Translations under genes and position numbers: made by a program
Notes under the pieces: model-generated
Seen by the model: the letters and a program-made list of their open reading frames with translations, nothing else
Database searches by the model: none
What the model was told of the DNA's origin: nothing
Shown here: positions 1 through 8,367 of the stretch, piece by piece
Position numbering within the stretch: position 1 is the first letter of the stretch
Layout: every line of letters starts with the position of its first letter
Source: Nitrospinota bacterium
Lineage (GTDB): Bacteria; UBA8248
Assembly: GCA_036231405.1 (NCBI GenBank)
Contig: JAZAHK010000048.1
Coordinates: 1 to 63,604 of the forward strand
DNA: 63,604 nucleotides
Direction: 5' to 3'

Positions 1-521
1 ATAGTGTTTTCTAACTTCTTAAGGCTTTCTTTTCTGTTTTCTTTCCATTCTTGAATCGTAAAAGCAATAAATGGAAGAACGGGAAGACCAGAAGATCTGA
101 GAATAGCTTTCGTAACAGCTTTATCGATTGAAATGGCAGAAGACCTACAATCTGAACCTACGAAGGAGGATGCAGACAACTCAAATAATCCCTGTATTGT
201 TCCGTCTTCACCATATCTTCCGTGAAGTATTGGGAAATATACATCAACCTCTATTGTATCTCCATTTTTCAAAATGAGATTCCCGTCTTGATCTGGAGAT
301 GTTGGAGGGAACACTTCTTCTGTAGTTGAATTCTTGTACCCCTGATGGAACCACTTCCCGTTTTTATCTATAAGAATTGGAGACACTTCGTATGAATTAT
401 TCTCTCGTAGAGTTTTTACAATACCTTCAGCAGATTCAACGCTAACTTCGTGTTCTTTTGATCTTCCTCCATATACAACCGCAACTTTTATTTTGTCTTG
501 ATTAAATTCTTCCATTATCAT
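1..521 (-). CDS. ddl: D-alanine--D-alanine ligase, 5' part (runs off the window edge)
   Basis: Manual translation: MIMEEFNQDKIKVAVVYGGRSKEHEVSVESA ... FPILHGRYGEDGTIQGLFEL ... IDKAVTK, the hallmark Ddl motifs. Start is 521 or 515. Confidence 0.92.
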   Translation of the reverse strand, partial: MIMEEFNQDKIKVAVVYGGRSKEHEVSVESAEGIVKTLRENNSYEVSPILIDKNGKWFHQGYKNSTTEEVFPPTSPDQDGNLILKNGDTIEVDVYFPILHGRYGEDGTIQGLFELSASSFVGSDCRSSAISIDKAVTKAILRSSGLPVLPFIAFTIQEWKENRKESLKKLENT

Positions 522-558
522 CTTTCCCCTAAGGTTTAGAGGTTATTGCAATATTTCC

Positions 559-1131
559 CTATTTTACCAGTGAAGAAATAAATTTGAAGTCATTTGTTCC
601 TGCAACACGTATGAGATCAAAAACGGCTTGTTCAGTAGAAGAAAGGCAGGCTCCTGCATCCCTGAAAGAGGCAAGGGCGATTTTCCAGTTATTTTTTTTT
701 CTGGAACATGTTGCATCAGTAATAGTGTATACGATAAATCCACTTTCAAGAAGATCTAGACCAGTTTGATAACAGCAAACATGAGTTTCTACGCCAGTTA
801 GTAGGACTTTTGTTCTTTTAAGGTTTCGGATCCTCTTAGTGAATTCGTCAGATCCCATACAACTGAACGATATTTTTTCCAAAGGGATTAGACCAGAAGA
901 GAGGGAGTTTATCTCATTTAATGTTTTCCCCAATCCCTTAGGGTATTGTTCTGTAAGGAGTATAGGAATCTCTAAATGATGGGCTACTTGGATTAGAATA
1001 GATATGTTCCTTAAAACCAGTTCTTTTATTTTCTCTTCCATAGATGACATTAAACGTTCTTGTACGTCTACAATCACTAAAACACAATCATCTGGAACGA
1101 GACGTAGATTCTGAATTTCTTTATGAGGCAA
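559..1131 (-). CDS. Isochorismatase-family (YcaC-like) cysteine hydrolase
   Basis: VIVDVQERL, TEQYPKGLG, EKISFSC, GVETHVCCYQT motifs. Confidence 0.88.
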   Translation of the reverse strand: MPHKEIQNLRLVPDDCVLVIVDVQERLMSSMEEKIKELVLRNISILIQVAHHLEIPILLTEQYPKGLGKTLNEINSLSSGLIPLEKISFSCMGSDEFTKRIRNLKRTKVLLTGVETHVCCYQTGLDLLESGFIVYTITDATCSRKKNNWKIALASFRDAGACLSSTEQAVFDLIRVAGTNDFKFISSLVK

Positions 1132-1273
1132 ATTTAATCCCTAGAGGAAAATATTAACAGGCCTCATTGTAATTGTTTTTGATAGCGAATGAAATTAAAA
1201 AAAAATTATGTTTTAATAAGTTCATAAGGAAAAATTTCCATTTTACAATTAAAGACGATTTAAGGGGACAATA

Positions 1274-2266
1274 ATGTCGGGAAAGTCAAAAGTCGTACTT
1301 ACAGATTATGTCTGGGATAATCTTGATCGAGAAAATGAGATTTTGGGTGATCTTTGTGAAATTACTGCGATGCAAACAAAGTCTCCCGAAGAATTTATTG
1401 AGGAGGCTTCGGATTGTGAAGCTTTGCTTAATACATATGCTGGTCCCATAACTCGAGAACATATGGAGAAAATGTCAAATTGTAAAATTATTGCTCGTTA
1501 CGGAATAGGAGTAGACACAATTGATCTTGATGCTGCCACTGATTGCGGAATCATTGTTACGAATAATCCTACGTATTGTATTGAAGAAGTAGCAGAACAC
1601 ACGATGGCTCTTCTTCTAACGACTGCTAGAAAAGTATCTTTTTATGACAGATTGGTTCGCTCAGGGAAATGGGAGGTTACGCCAGGCAAACCGATTTTTC
1701 GATTGTCAGGAAGTACATTAGGTTTAATTGGTTTTGGAAATATTGCGAGAATGGTAGCAGAAAGAGCTTCTGCTTTTGGAATGAATATACTCTTTAGTGA
1801 TCCATTTGTAGAAGGTGGGCAATTTGGTATTCCAGCAAAGAAAGTAGAGTTAGAAGAATTGTATGAAAATTCTGATTATATTTCTGTACATCCACCCCTC
1901 ATAGAAGAAACAAGAGGTATGGTTAACGATTCAGCATTTGATTTAATGAAACCCTCAGTCTACTTGGTGAATTGTTCAAGAGGTCCCATTATAGACACAG
2001 ATGCTTTGGTAAAAGCATTAGATAATGGAAAAATCGCAGGATGTGCTTTAGACACTACAGACCCAGAGCCGTTACCTGATTCTCATCCGCTTAGAGAACG
2101 TGAGAATGTTCTTATCAACCCTCATGCGGCTTGGTATAGTGAAGAATCAAAGGTTGGTCTCCAAAAAGGAGCGCCTAATGAGGTTAAACTTGTGCTTTCG
2201 GGGGAATGGCCAGTTAATCTCGTGAATAAAGGTGTGAAGGACAAAAATAGAGCAGAACTATCATAA
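1274..2266 (+). CDS. D-isomer-specific 2-hydroxyacid dehydrogenase (CtBP/SerA-like)
   Basis: ARYGIGVD, GLIGFGNIA, NCSRG, DPEP, PHAAWYS; RBS AAGGGG upstream. Confidence 0.9.
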   Translation: MSGKSKVVLTDYVWDNLDRENEILGDLCEITAMQTKSPEEFIEEASDCEALLNTYAGPITREHMEKMSNCKIIARYGIGVDTIDLDAATDCGIIVTNNPTYCIEEVAEHTMALLLTTARKVSFYDRLVRSGKWEVTPGKPIFRLSGSTLGLIGFGNIARMVAERASAFGMNILFSDPFVEGGQFGIPAKKVELEELYENSDYISVHPPLIEETRGMVNDSAFDLMKPSVYLVNCSRGPIIDTDALVKALDNGKIAGCALDTTDPEPLPDSHPLRERENVLINPHAAWYSEESKVGLQKGAPNEVKLVLSGEWPVNLVNKGVKDKNRAELS

Positions 2267-2313
2267 TCTTATTTATGGATTGGCAGGAAAGATTGTAAAC
2301 TAAAGGTCTCGTT

Positions 2314-4533
2314 CTAAGTTTCATTTTCGTAATATTTTGTATTTCTGGCGATGGATGGATGTAGTCTATTCACAGATTTAATTGTTTTAAGGTTTTTTAT
2401 GCTTTTTGTAACTTGTGTCAGATGTTTAAGGTCATAAACTTGAACTTCTAGTTGTATCCCTGCAATTTGCTTATTTGTCTTTGCACTCAGCCATGCGATG
2501 TTAGCGTTACATTGCGCAATAGAAGAACTTATTTCAGCCAGAACACCTGGTTCATTTTTTGATTCAATTGATAGAGGGACAGGGTGTAATTCTTTACTTT
2601 CATTTTCGTCCCAATCAACTTCCAGCAATTGTTCATCCTGATTCAAAATCTGACCAATATTTTCGCAATCCCTAGCGTGGATAGATACTCCTTTTCCTTG
2701 GGTAATGAATCCCATTACAGGGTCACCTGGAATAGGGTCGCAGCATTTTGCAAACCGTATAAGTTTTTCATCATGACCTTTAATCTTGATTCCAGTATTA
2801 GATCTTTTTGTTATTCTCCTGATGAATCTTCTGATTCTAGAGTTTTCTCGTTTTTCAAAATCGTCAATTAAATTTTCTGGAAGAAGATGTTGCATAACTT
2901 CTTTCGACATTAATTTCCCAAAACCTATTGCCGCTAAAAGATCTTCTATAGTTTTAAATCCCATCATGACAGAAATCGGTAATAACTTTTCGTCGTCAAT
3001 GGGAATTTCGATTTCCTGATCTATTCTCTTCAGATCGTGATGTAGTAATTCTCTTCCCAAAAGTGTTGATCGTATTTTTTGTTGTTGTCTAAGCCAGTTT
3101 TTTATTTCCTGTTTTGCCTTTGGCGTTAAAACTGAATTCAACCATTCTGGACTTGGTGTTCTATTCTCGTTGCTAGTGATTTCAACGATATCTCCGTTTT
3201 CTAGTTTCTTTGTTATGGATGCAACACGTCCATTTATTTTAGCTCCTACACAATGTATTCCTAGTTCTGAGTGTATGGCGAAAGCAAAATCTAGAGCACT
3301 AGAGCCCTTGGGGAAGTTTTTTACATCTCCCCTTGGAGTAAAAACGAACACTTCATCCTCGAATAAATTTACTTTGAAAGAATCAAGTAAACTACCAGGA
3401 TCTGTTTCTTCATTCATGTTTTCCATTATCTGTCTTAGCCATTTAAATTTATCGAAGGTGTCTTTGTCTAAGTCTCTATGCTCTTTGTATTGCCAATGAG
3501 CAGCTAAACCTTCATTCGCAGTCTGATCCATTTCTTTTGTGCGGATCTGAAACTCGACTCTTTGACCGTTAAACGCTATTACTGTTGTATGAAGTGATTG
3601 GTATAAATTAGATTTCGGTAGAGCAATATAATCTCTGAATCTGCCTGGGATAGGTTTCCATTTTGAGTGGAGCAAGCCAAAAACAGCGTAACAATCCATC
3701 GTGTTCTCAACAATGATTCTTATGCCACATATATCAAAAACTTGATGAAAATCTAAATTCTGAGATTTCATTTTTCGAAAAATGCTTGAATTTAATTTAA
3801 AACGACTGCTTAAATTTCCCTTGATCCCGTTCCTTGACATTTCCTTTTCTATCTCTAATTTTACATCTTCGAGATATATCTCAATGTCATTTAATCCTTC
3901 ATTTAAGAGTTTCTCGATATTTTTATTCTCATCAGGATATAGATGTTTGAAAGAAATATCTTCAAGTGCTTCTTTCAGCCAACCAATTCCAAGTCGATTC
4001 GCAAGAGGTGCGTAAACTTCCTGAGTTTCTAATGCAATTCGCTTTTTAGCTTCGTTAGGTAAGTATTCTAGTGTCATAGCATTATGAAGACGGTCAATTA
4101 ATTTTATAATTATAACTCTTATGTCATCTGACATAGCTACTAACATTTTTCTGTAATTCTCAGCTTGTCTCGTCCTAGTATTAGGAACATCTAGTCGATT
4201 TAATTTTGTGACACCGTCAACTAGGTTTGCAGTGATCTCTCCAAAACTTTCATTTATTTCATTTTTCGTTGCACGCGTATCCTCTAGAGTGTCATGAAGT
4301 AAGCCTGCTGCAATGGTCTCTGGATCTTGTCTCATCTCAGCTAACATTAGTCCGACTTCTAAAGGGTGTGAAATATATGGCTGACCCGAACTTCTAAACT
4401 GTCCAGTGTGGAAATTCGCAGTAAAAAGAAAAGCTTCATTAATAAATTTTTCATATCCCGGTGCATATTCAGTGACCATTTCTGTAATGTCTAAAATTCT
4501 GGCAGGCACCCTATTTTTTAAAATCGGTTCCAT
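2314..4533 (-). CDS. spoT: Long RelA/SpoT (p)ppGpp synthetase/hydrolase
   Basis: RSSGQPYISHP, intact HD motif LLHDTLED, YQSLHT, EFQIRT, TGS domain (VFTPRG, DFAFAIH), AKCCDP, C-terminal ACT domain. Confidence 0.95.
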   Translation of the reverse strand: MEPILKNRVPARILDITEMVTEYAPGYEKFINEAFLFTANFHTGQFRSSGQPYISHPLEVGLMLAEMRQDPETIAAGLLHDTLEDTRATKNEINESFGEITANLVDGVTKLNRLDVPNTRTRQAENYRKMLVAMSDDIRVIIIKLIDRLHNAMTLEYLPNEAKKRIALETQEVYAPLANRLGIGWLKEALEDISFKHLYPDENKNIEKLLNEGLNDIEIYLEDVKLEIEKEMSRNGIKGNLSSRFKLNSSIFRKMKSQNLDFHQVFDICGIRIIVENTMDCYAVFGLLHSKWKPIPGRFRDYIALPKSNLYQSLHTTVIAFNGQRVEFQIRTKEMDQTANEGLAAHWQYKEHRDLDKDTFDKFKWLRQIMENMNEETDPGSLLDSFKVNLFEDEVFVFTPRGDVKNFPKGSSALDFAFAIHSELGIHCVGAKINGRVASITKKLENGDIVEITSNENRTPSPEWLNSVLTPKAKQEIKNWLRQQQKIRSTLLGRELLHHDLKRIDQEIEIPIDDEKLLPISVMMGFKTIEDLLAAIGFGKLMSKEVMQHLLPENLIDDFEKRENSRIRRFIRRITKRSNTGIKIKGHDEKLIRFAKCCDPIPGDPVMGFITQGKGVSIHARDCENIGQILNQDEQLLEVDWDENESKELHPVPLSIESKNEPGVLAEISSSIAQCNANIAWLSAKTNKQIAGIQLEVQVYDLKHLTQVTKSIKNLKTIKSVNRLHPSIARNTKYYENET

Positions 4534-4596
4534 TATTTTCCTTTTTAATATTTTTTTTAAACAAAGACTTACTGGATGAAAAATAAAAAGAAAAGA

Positions 4597-5097
4597 TTAA
4601 TAAGCTCTTAAGGGTGAGGTCACAAATTCATGCATGAATGGAGTCATATATTCAGCTTCATCGGAATGCTTTGGAACTATAATTGCCCCTTTATTGCATA
4701 TTTCTTCACATAGTCTACAACCTACACATTTACTCTCGTCTACTACGGCTACCTGACTATGATCTCTCTCCACTGATGAGTCCGACATGATAATACAATC
4801 GAAAGGACAGATGTCTACGCACCATACACAACCTGTGCAGTTTTCTTCCAGAACAAATGCTTTAGGCATATCTTTATGTTTTATATTTTCTATTATGTTT
4901 CCAGAATTGTCTTGTATTGCAAAAGCCGGACAATACTTCCCACATACGCCACAGTCAATACATAAGGTTGGGTCTATTTTATAAATTTCTTTAGACTCGC
5001 CAGTGATTGCTTTGGTGGGGCATACGGGCAAGCAAATATCACAGCCTATGCAAGAATCAAAAATAAAATGTGACAAATGAAAATCCACAATAAACAT
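4597..5097 (-). CDS. Polyferredoxin with four [4Fe-4S] motifs
   Basis: Four CxxCxxCxxxC motifs: CIGCDICLPVC, CIDCGVCGKYC, CTGCVWCVDIC, CVGCRLCEEIC. Confidence 0.88.
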   Translation of the reverse strand: MFIVDFHLSHFIFDSCIGCDICLPVCPTKAITGESKEIYKIDPTLCIDCGVCGKYCPAFAIQDNSGNIIENIKHKDMPKAFVLEENCTGCVWCVDICPFDCIIMSDSSVERDHSQVAVVDESKCVGCRLCEEICNKGAIIVPKHSDEAEYMTPFMHEFVTSPLRAY

Positions 5098-5269
5098 TTA
5101 TGGGCAAACACGCCTCTATGTTAACAAAGGGATATATTATTCATCAACTTAAATTTTTTATTTTTTTTTTTATTAGACTCCATCAATTTATGATGAGTCT
5201 TGATCGAAAGTTTAAAATCATTCAAAATAAATGTGCATTTACTTTTTTTATATTTTTTACGGGTATCTA

Positions 5270-5437
5270 ATGGAAAACTTCCTTGCAATTCTTACAAAAC
5301 CAGACAATATCCCAATAGCTATTATGCTTCCTTTGGTTATTTTTTTCTGCTGGCTCGCCCTTTCCCAAGCTAAAAAGAATGATGATCTTATAAAAAAGGG
5401 AAAAAAGGACGAAGTTTACGATCGTATGATTCGTTAA
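5270..5437 (+). CDS. 55-aa single-TM protein, resembling the N-terminal segment of planctomycete-type cytochrome b subunit IV
   Basis: MENFLAILTKPDNIPIAIMLPLVIFFCWLALSQAKKND; internal ATG at 5270 of ORF 5231..5437; homology recalled, not searched. Confidence 0.7.
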   Translation: MENFLAILTKPDNIPIAIMLPLVIFFCWLALSQAKKNDDLIKKGKKDEVYDRMIR

Positions 5438-5506
5438 TGTCCCTACTAACTTGTAAGTTTCCGCGTACCGTTCAATTTGACTCTTCTGAATTCAGGGGTA
5501 GTTTTT

Positions 5507-6007
5507 ATGCTTGAACTTGTTGTTTTTGCTTTGTTCGTAGGTTTTGTGTTGATCTTTTTTGTAAAGCGTACAACGACTAATGTTGCACTCGAGGAAGCCG
5601 CTGGCGAGATGAGGGATGATAAAGATTTGCAAATTTTGAGATCTATCTCACCTGAGTCTTTTGAAAAGATGATCAGAGAAATTTTAGATGATTTGGGTAT
5701 GCAGATTTTGGAAATAAATTGGGTTAATAACCGAGAAATAGATATTTTAGCCAATAATCCCACTGAAATAGTTGGTGGAAATTATATTGTTCACGGTATT
5801 TTGGTACCTGAAGGTGAATACGTGTCTTCTATAAGAGTAATTGGACTTTCTGATACAGTTCGTGCTGAGGCTGCATTAAAGGGGATCTTAATAACTACTG
5901 GATACTTCTCGGAAGAGGTACAGAAATACTCAGAGGGAGCACCCATGGAACTTATTAATGTTAATAAACTAAAGGACATTTTAATTTCAAGGGGAATTCA
6001 GACGTAG
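5507..6007 (+). CDS. Membrane-anchored Mrr-cat (type IV restriction endonuclease-like) protein, probably degenerate
   Basis: N-terminal TM, then SPESFEKMI, IDILA, KGILITTGYFS, MELIN; ATG 5507 follows AGGGGT. Confidence 0.72.
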   Translation: MLELVVFALFVGFVLIFFVKRTTTNVALEEAAGEMRDDKDLQILRSISPESFEKMIREILDDLGMQILEINWVNNREIDILANNPTEIVGGNYIVHGILVPEGEYVSSIRVIGLSDTVRAEAALKGILITTGYFSEEVQKYSEGAPMELINVNKLKDILISRGIQT

Positions 6008-6034
6008 CCAGGTAACTAAATCAAATTATTTCGC

Positions 6035-6139
6035 TCAAACAAAATACAAATATGTGGCGAATCCAACTGCAAAAAAAATGATTACTTTGAATCCACAAGC
6101 GTCCCACCATAAGTGTTTTTTGTCTCTTTCTTGAACCAT
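6035..6139 (-). CDS. 34-aa single-TM peptide, last ORF of the Rieske/cytochrome b operon
   Basis: Manual translation MVQERDKKHLWWDACGFKVIIFFAVGFATYLYFV; AAGGA RBS overlaps the stop codon of the upstream gene. Confidence 0.55.
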   Translation of the reverse strand: MVQERDKKHLWWDACGFKVIIFFAVGFATYLYFV

Positions 6140-6149
6140 TCAAATTTCC

Positions 6150-6935
6150 TTAAAAGTTAATCCAAGGTGTAACCATTATATATTTTATGTTCAGGAAGAT
6201 TCTTAATAACATTTTAATAACTAGCCCCATCATTGTTACAAACAAAAAAGCTTCAATGTTATATCTCACCAATCCTTTGCTTTTCATTCGCTCGGTGTTT
6301 CTTCTGAAAAAATACCAAATAGGGATCGTCGCATATAGAGCAATTATGCATAAACCACCTACAGCAGCTTGAGTCCAGTAATCTCTAAATCCGAGCATGT
6401 ATGGAAGATCTACGTTCGTTAGGGCAACAATCTTGTGTGTATCCCAATATTCCCATGGCATGAAAAAGTTCCAACCAGGACCTCTCATAAATGTTCCCTG
6501 AATAACTAACCAAACCCACAGCACAAGAAAACCAAAGAGGAAAGTGAGAATTGCGAATCTTCTTTCTTTAAAGGAGTAATAACCGTTTCCTTTAGGGTTA
6601 ACGTCTATATATGGAATTGCCATAAGTCCTATGATAATAAGAGTGGGTAGAACTACCCCTGCCATCCAAGGGTCAAAATAAACTAACATTTCCTGAAGTC
6701 CCAAAAAATACCAAGGAGCTTTTGAGGGGTTAGGAGTAACTGATGGATTTGCAGGTTCCTCCAAAGGGGCATCTATTAGTATTGACCAAACTGTCAAGAC
6801 GACAGTGATAATAATTGCACACATAAACTCAAGGCGAGTTAGGTAAGGCCATACATGCACCTTGTCATTAACTCTTTCCCAACTAGTTTTTGGCATATCC
6901 TCTGCAGTTCCGATTACCTTGTCTTCTTTAGCCAA
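6150..6935 (-). CDS. Cytochrome b C-terminal subunit (subunit IV, PetD/QcrC-like)
   Basis: WPYL, APLEEPANPSVTPNPSKAPWYFLGLQEML (PEWY-equivalent loop), several TM helices; follows cytochrome b. Confidence 0.85.
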   Translation of the reverse strand: MAKEDKVIGTAEDMPKTSWERVNDKVHVWPYLTRLEFMCAIIITVVLTVWSILIDAPLEEPANPSVTPNPSKAPWYFLGLQEMLVYFDPWMAGVVLPTLIIIGLMAIPYIDVNPKGNGYYSFKERRFAILTFLFGFLVLWVWLVIQGTFMRGPGWNFFMPWEYWDTHKIVALTNVDLPYMLGFRDYWTQAAVGGLCIIALYATIPIWYFFRRNTERMKSKGLVRYNIEAFLFVTMMGLVIKMLLRIFLNIKYIMVTPWINF

Positions 6936-6962
6936 TCTTGGTGCCTTTCAAATAGAAAAAAA

Positions 6963-7751
6963 TTAAAGAGGACCAGAAATGCCACCGTCTTTTCTGATTC
7001 TCCAGAAATGTACCATCATCAAAACAGATGCAATAAGCGGAATAACTATGCAATGTAGAACATAGAATCTAAGTAATGTTGGGGGTCCAACTATTGTTCC
7101 ACCAAGAAGTGCAGAACGTGCATCAAGTCTTGGTGTGACCCCAACGAAATCGGCGAATGGTCCTTCACTTCCAAGAAGAGGGGTAGCTCTAGCCATATTG
7201 GTTCCAACTGTTACGGCCCACATAGCTAATTGATCCCATGGCAGTAAATATCCAGTAAAACTTAGAAGTAGGGTGACAGTGAGGAGTAGAACGCCAATTA
7301 CCCAATTGAATTCTCTAGGCTGTTTGTAGGAGCCAGTCATAAAAACACGTAACATGTGTAGCCATACAGCGATAACCATTGCATGTGCTGCCCATCTGTG
7401 CATATTTCGCATAAACATTCCGAAAGGTGCATCAAATTCAAGAAATTTCATGTCTGCATATGCATATTCTCCTACAGGTCTGTAGTAAAACATCAATATA
7501 ACACCTGTGACCGTGAGATATAAAAATAAGAGAAAAGTGATTCCGCCCATACACCATGTAAAACGTATCCTGATTGCGTGTCTTCTGATTTTCGTAGGAT
7601 GGAGGTGGAGCCAGAGGTTATCTACTACCATTAAAACTCTGTTTCGTGGAGTATCTTCGTAGCCATGACGAAACATCGATCTCCAAACTTGAGAGTTTAT
7701 CAAGTTGTTTTTAAGCTGTTCTAAATTAAATTTTTCCTTTAATCCTCTCAT
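6963..7751 (-). CDS. petB: Cytochrome b6-type cytochrome b, N-terminal subunit
   Basis: [24 protein letters not shown]...[24 protein letters not shown]...VHF, C-terminus ISGPL. Confidence 0.93.
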   Translation of the reverse strand: MRGLKEKFNLEQLKNNLINSQVWRSMFRHGYEDTPRNRVLMVVDNLWLHLHPTKIRRHAIRIRFTWCMGGITFLLFLYLTVTGVILMFYYRPVGEYAYADMKFLEFDAPFGMFMRNMHRWAAHAMVIAVWLHMLRVFMTGSYKQPREFNWVIGVLLLTVTLLLSFTGYLLPWDQLAMWAVTVGTNMARATPLLGSEGPFADFVGVTPRLDARSALLGGTIVGPPTLLRFYVLHCIVIPLIASVLMMVHFWRIRKDGGISGPL

Positions 7752-7812
7752 TTATTGCATCCTCCAAACGTGACTTTAATTGGCCAGTAAAACGATAGTC
7801 GCTAAGTTTTTC

Positions 7813-8367
7813 TTACAAATAAAGAAAAGCTTCTGGTTTGTCCCATTCATCTTTCTCTTGTCTAAATAATTTCCCCTTGTCTATCAGTAATTGCCCATCC
7901 TCTGCAAGATTTATTTTTAGTCTTTCTAGTGGTCTTGGTGCTGGACCTTCAAAATTAATTCCACTTCTTTTAAAGCCGCTGCCGTGACATGGGCACTTGA
8001 ACTTGTTTTCGGAAGACAACCATGCAGGGGTACATCCTAAATGCGTACATATACCACTCAAAGCATAAAAACCATTGTTTTCTCTGACAATGTATACACG
8101 TTCACTTTGAAGATACCTTGTGTCAACTGCACCAACTGCATATTCGTTCGGACTACCTGCTTTGAATACTGTTCTTGGTTCGAATAGAACTCTAGGGAAC
8201 AAAAATCGCAAGAAGCCTAAAAGAGCAACTCCTAAACCCCCTAGAATCCCAACCCAACCCGTATAATTCATAAATCTTCTTCTATCAATGTTAGAAGATT
8301 TTTTCTGCTCTTCCGCTTGATATTCTGCTGGCAGTTTGATTTGCTTGATCTCTTTAGACTGGGTCAT
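7813..8367 (-). CDS. petC: Rieske [2Fe-2S] subunit with Tat anchor
   Basis: DRRRFM plus TM helix; CTHLGC and CPCHGS boxes; GPAPRPL. Confidence 0.93.
   Translation of the reverse strand: MTQSKEIKQIKLPAEYQAEEQKKSSNIDRRRFMNYTGWVGILGGLGVALLGFLRFLFPRVLFEPRTVFKAGSPNEYAVGAVDTRYLQSERVYIVRENNGFYALSGICTHLGCTPAWLSSENKFKCPCHGSGFKRSGINFEGPAPRPLERLKINLAEDGQLLIDKGKLFRQEKDEWDKPEAFLYL

Noticed and set aside
5153-5171. Poly-T tract as a phase-variation site
   Set aside because: Intergenic homopolymer in an AT-rich genome with no evidence of length variation from a single sequence.
5446-5763. 105-aa minus-strand ORF
   Set aside because: Antisense to the Mrr-like gene; no RBS or motifs.
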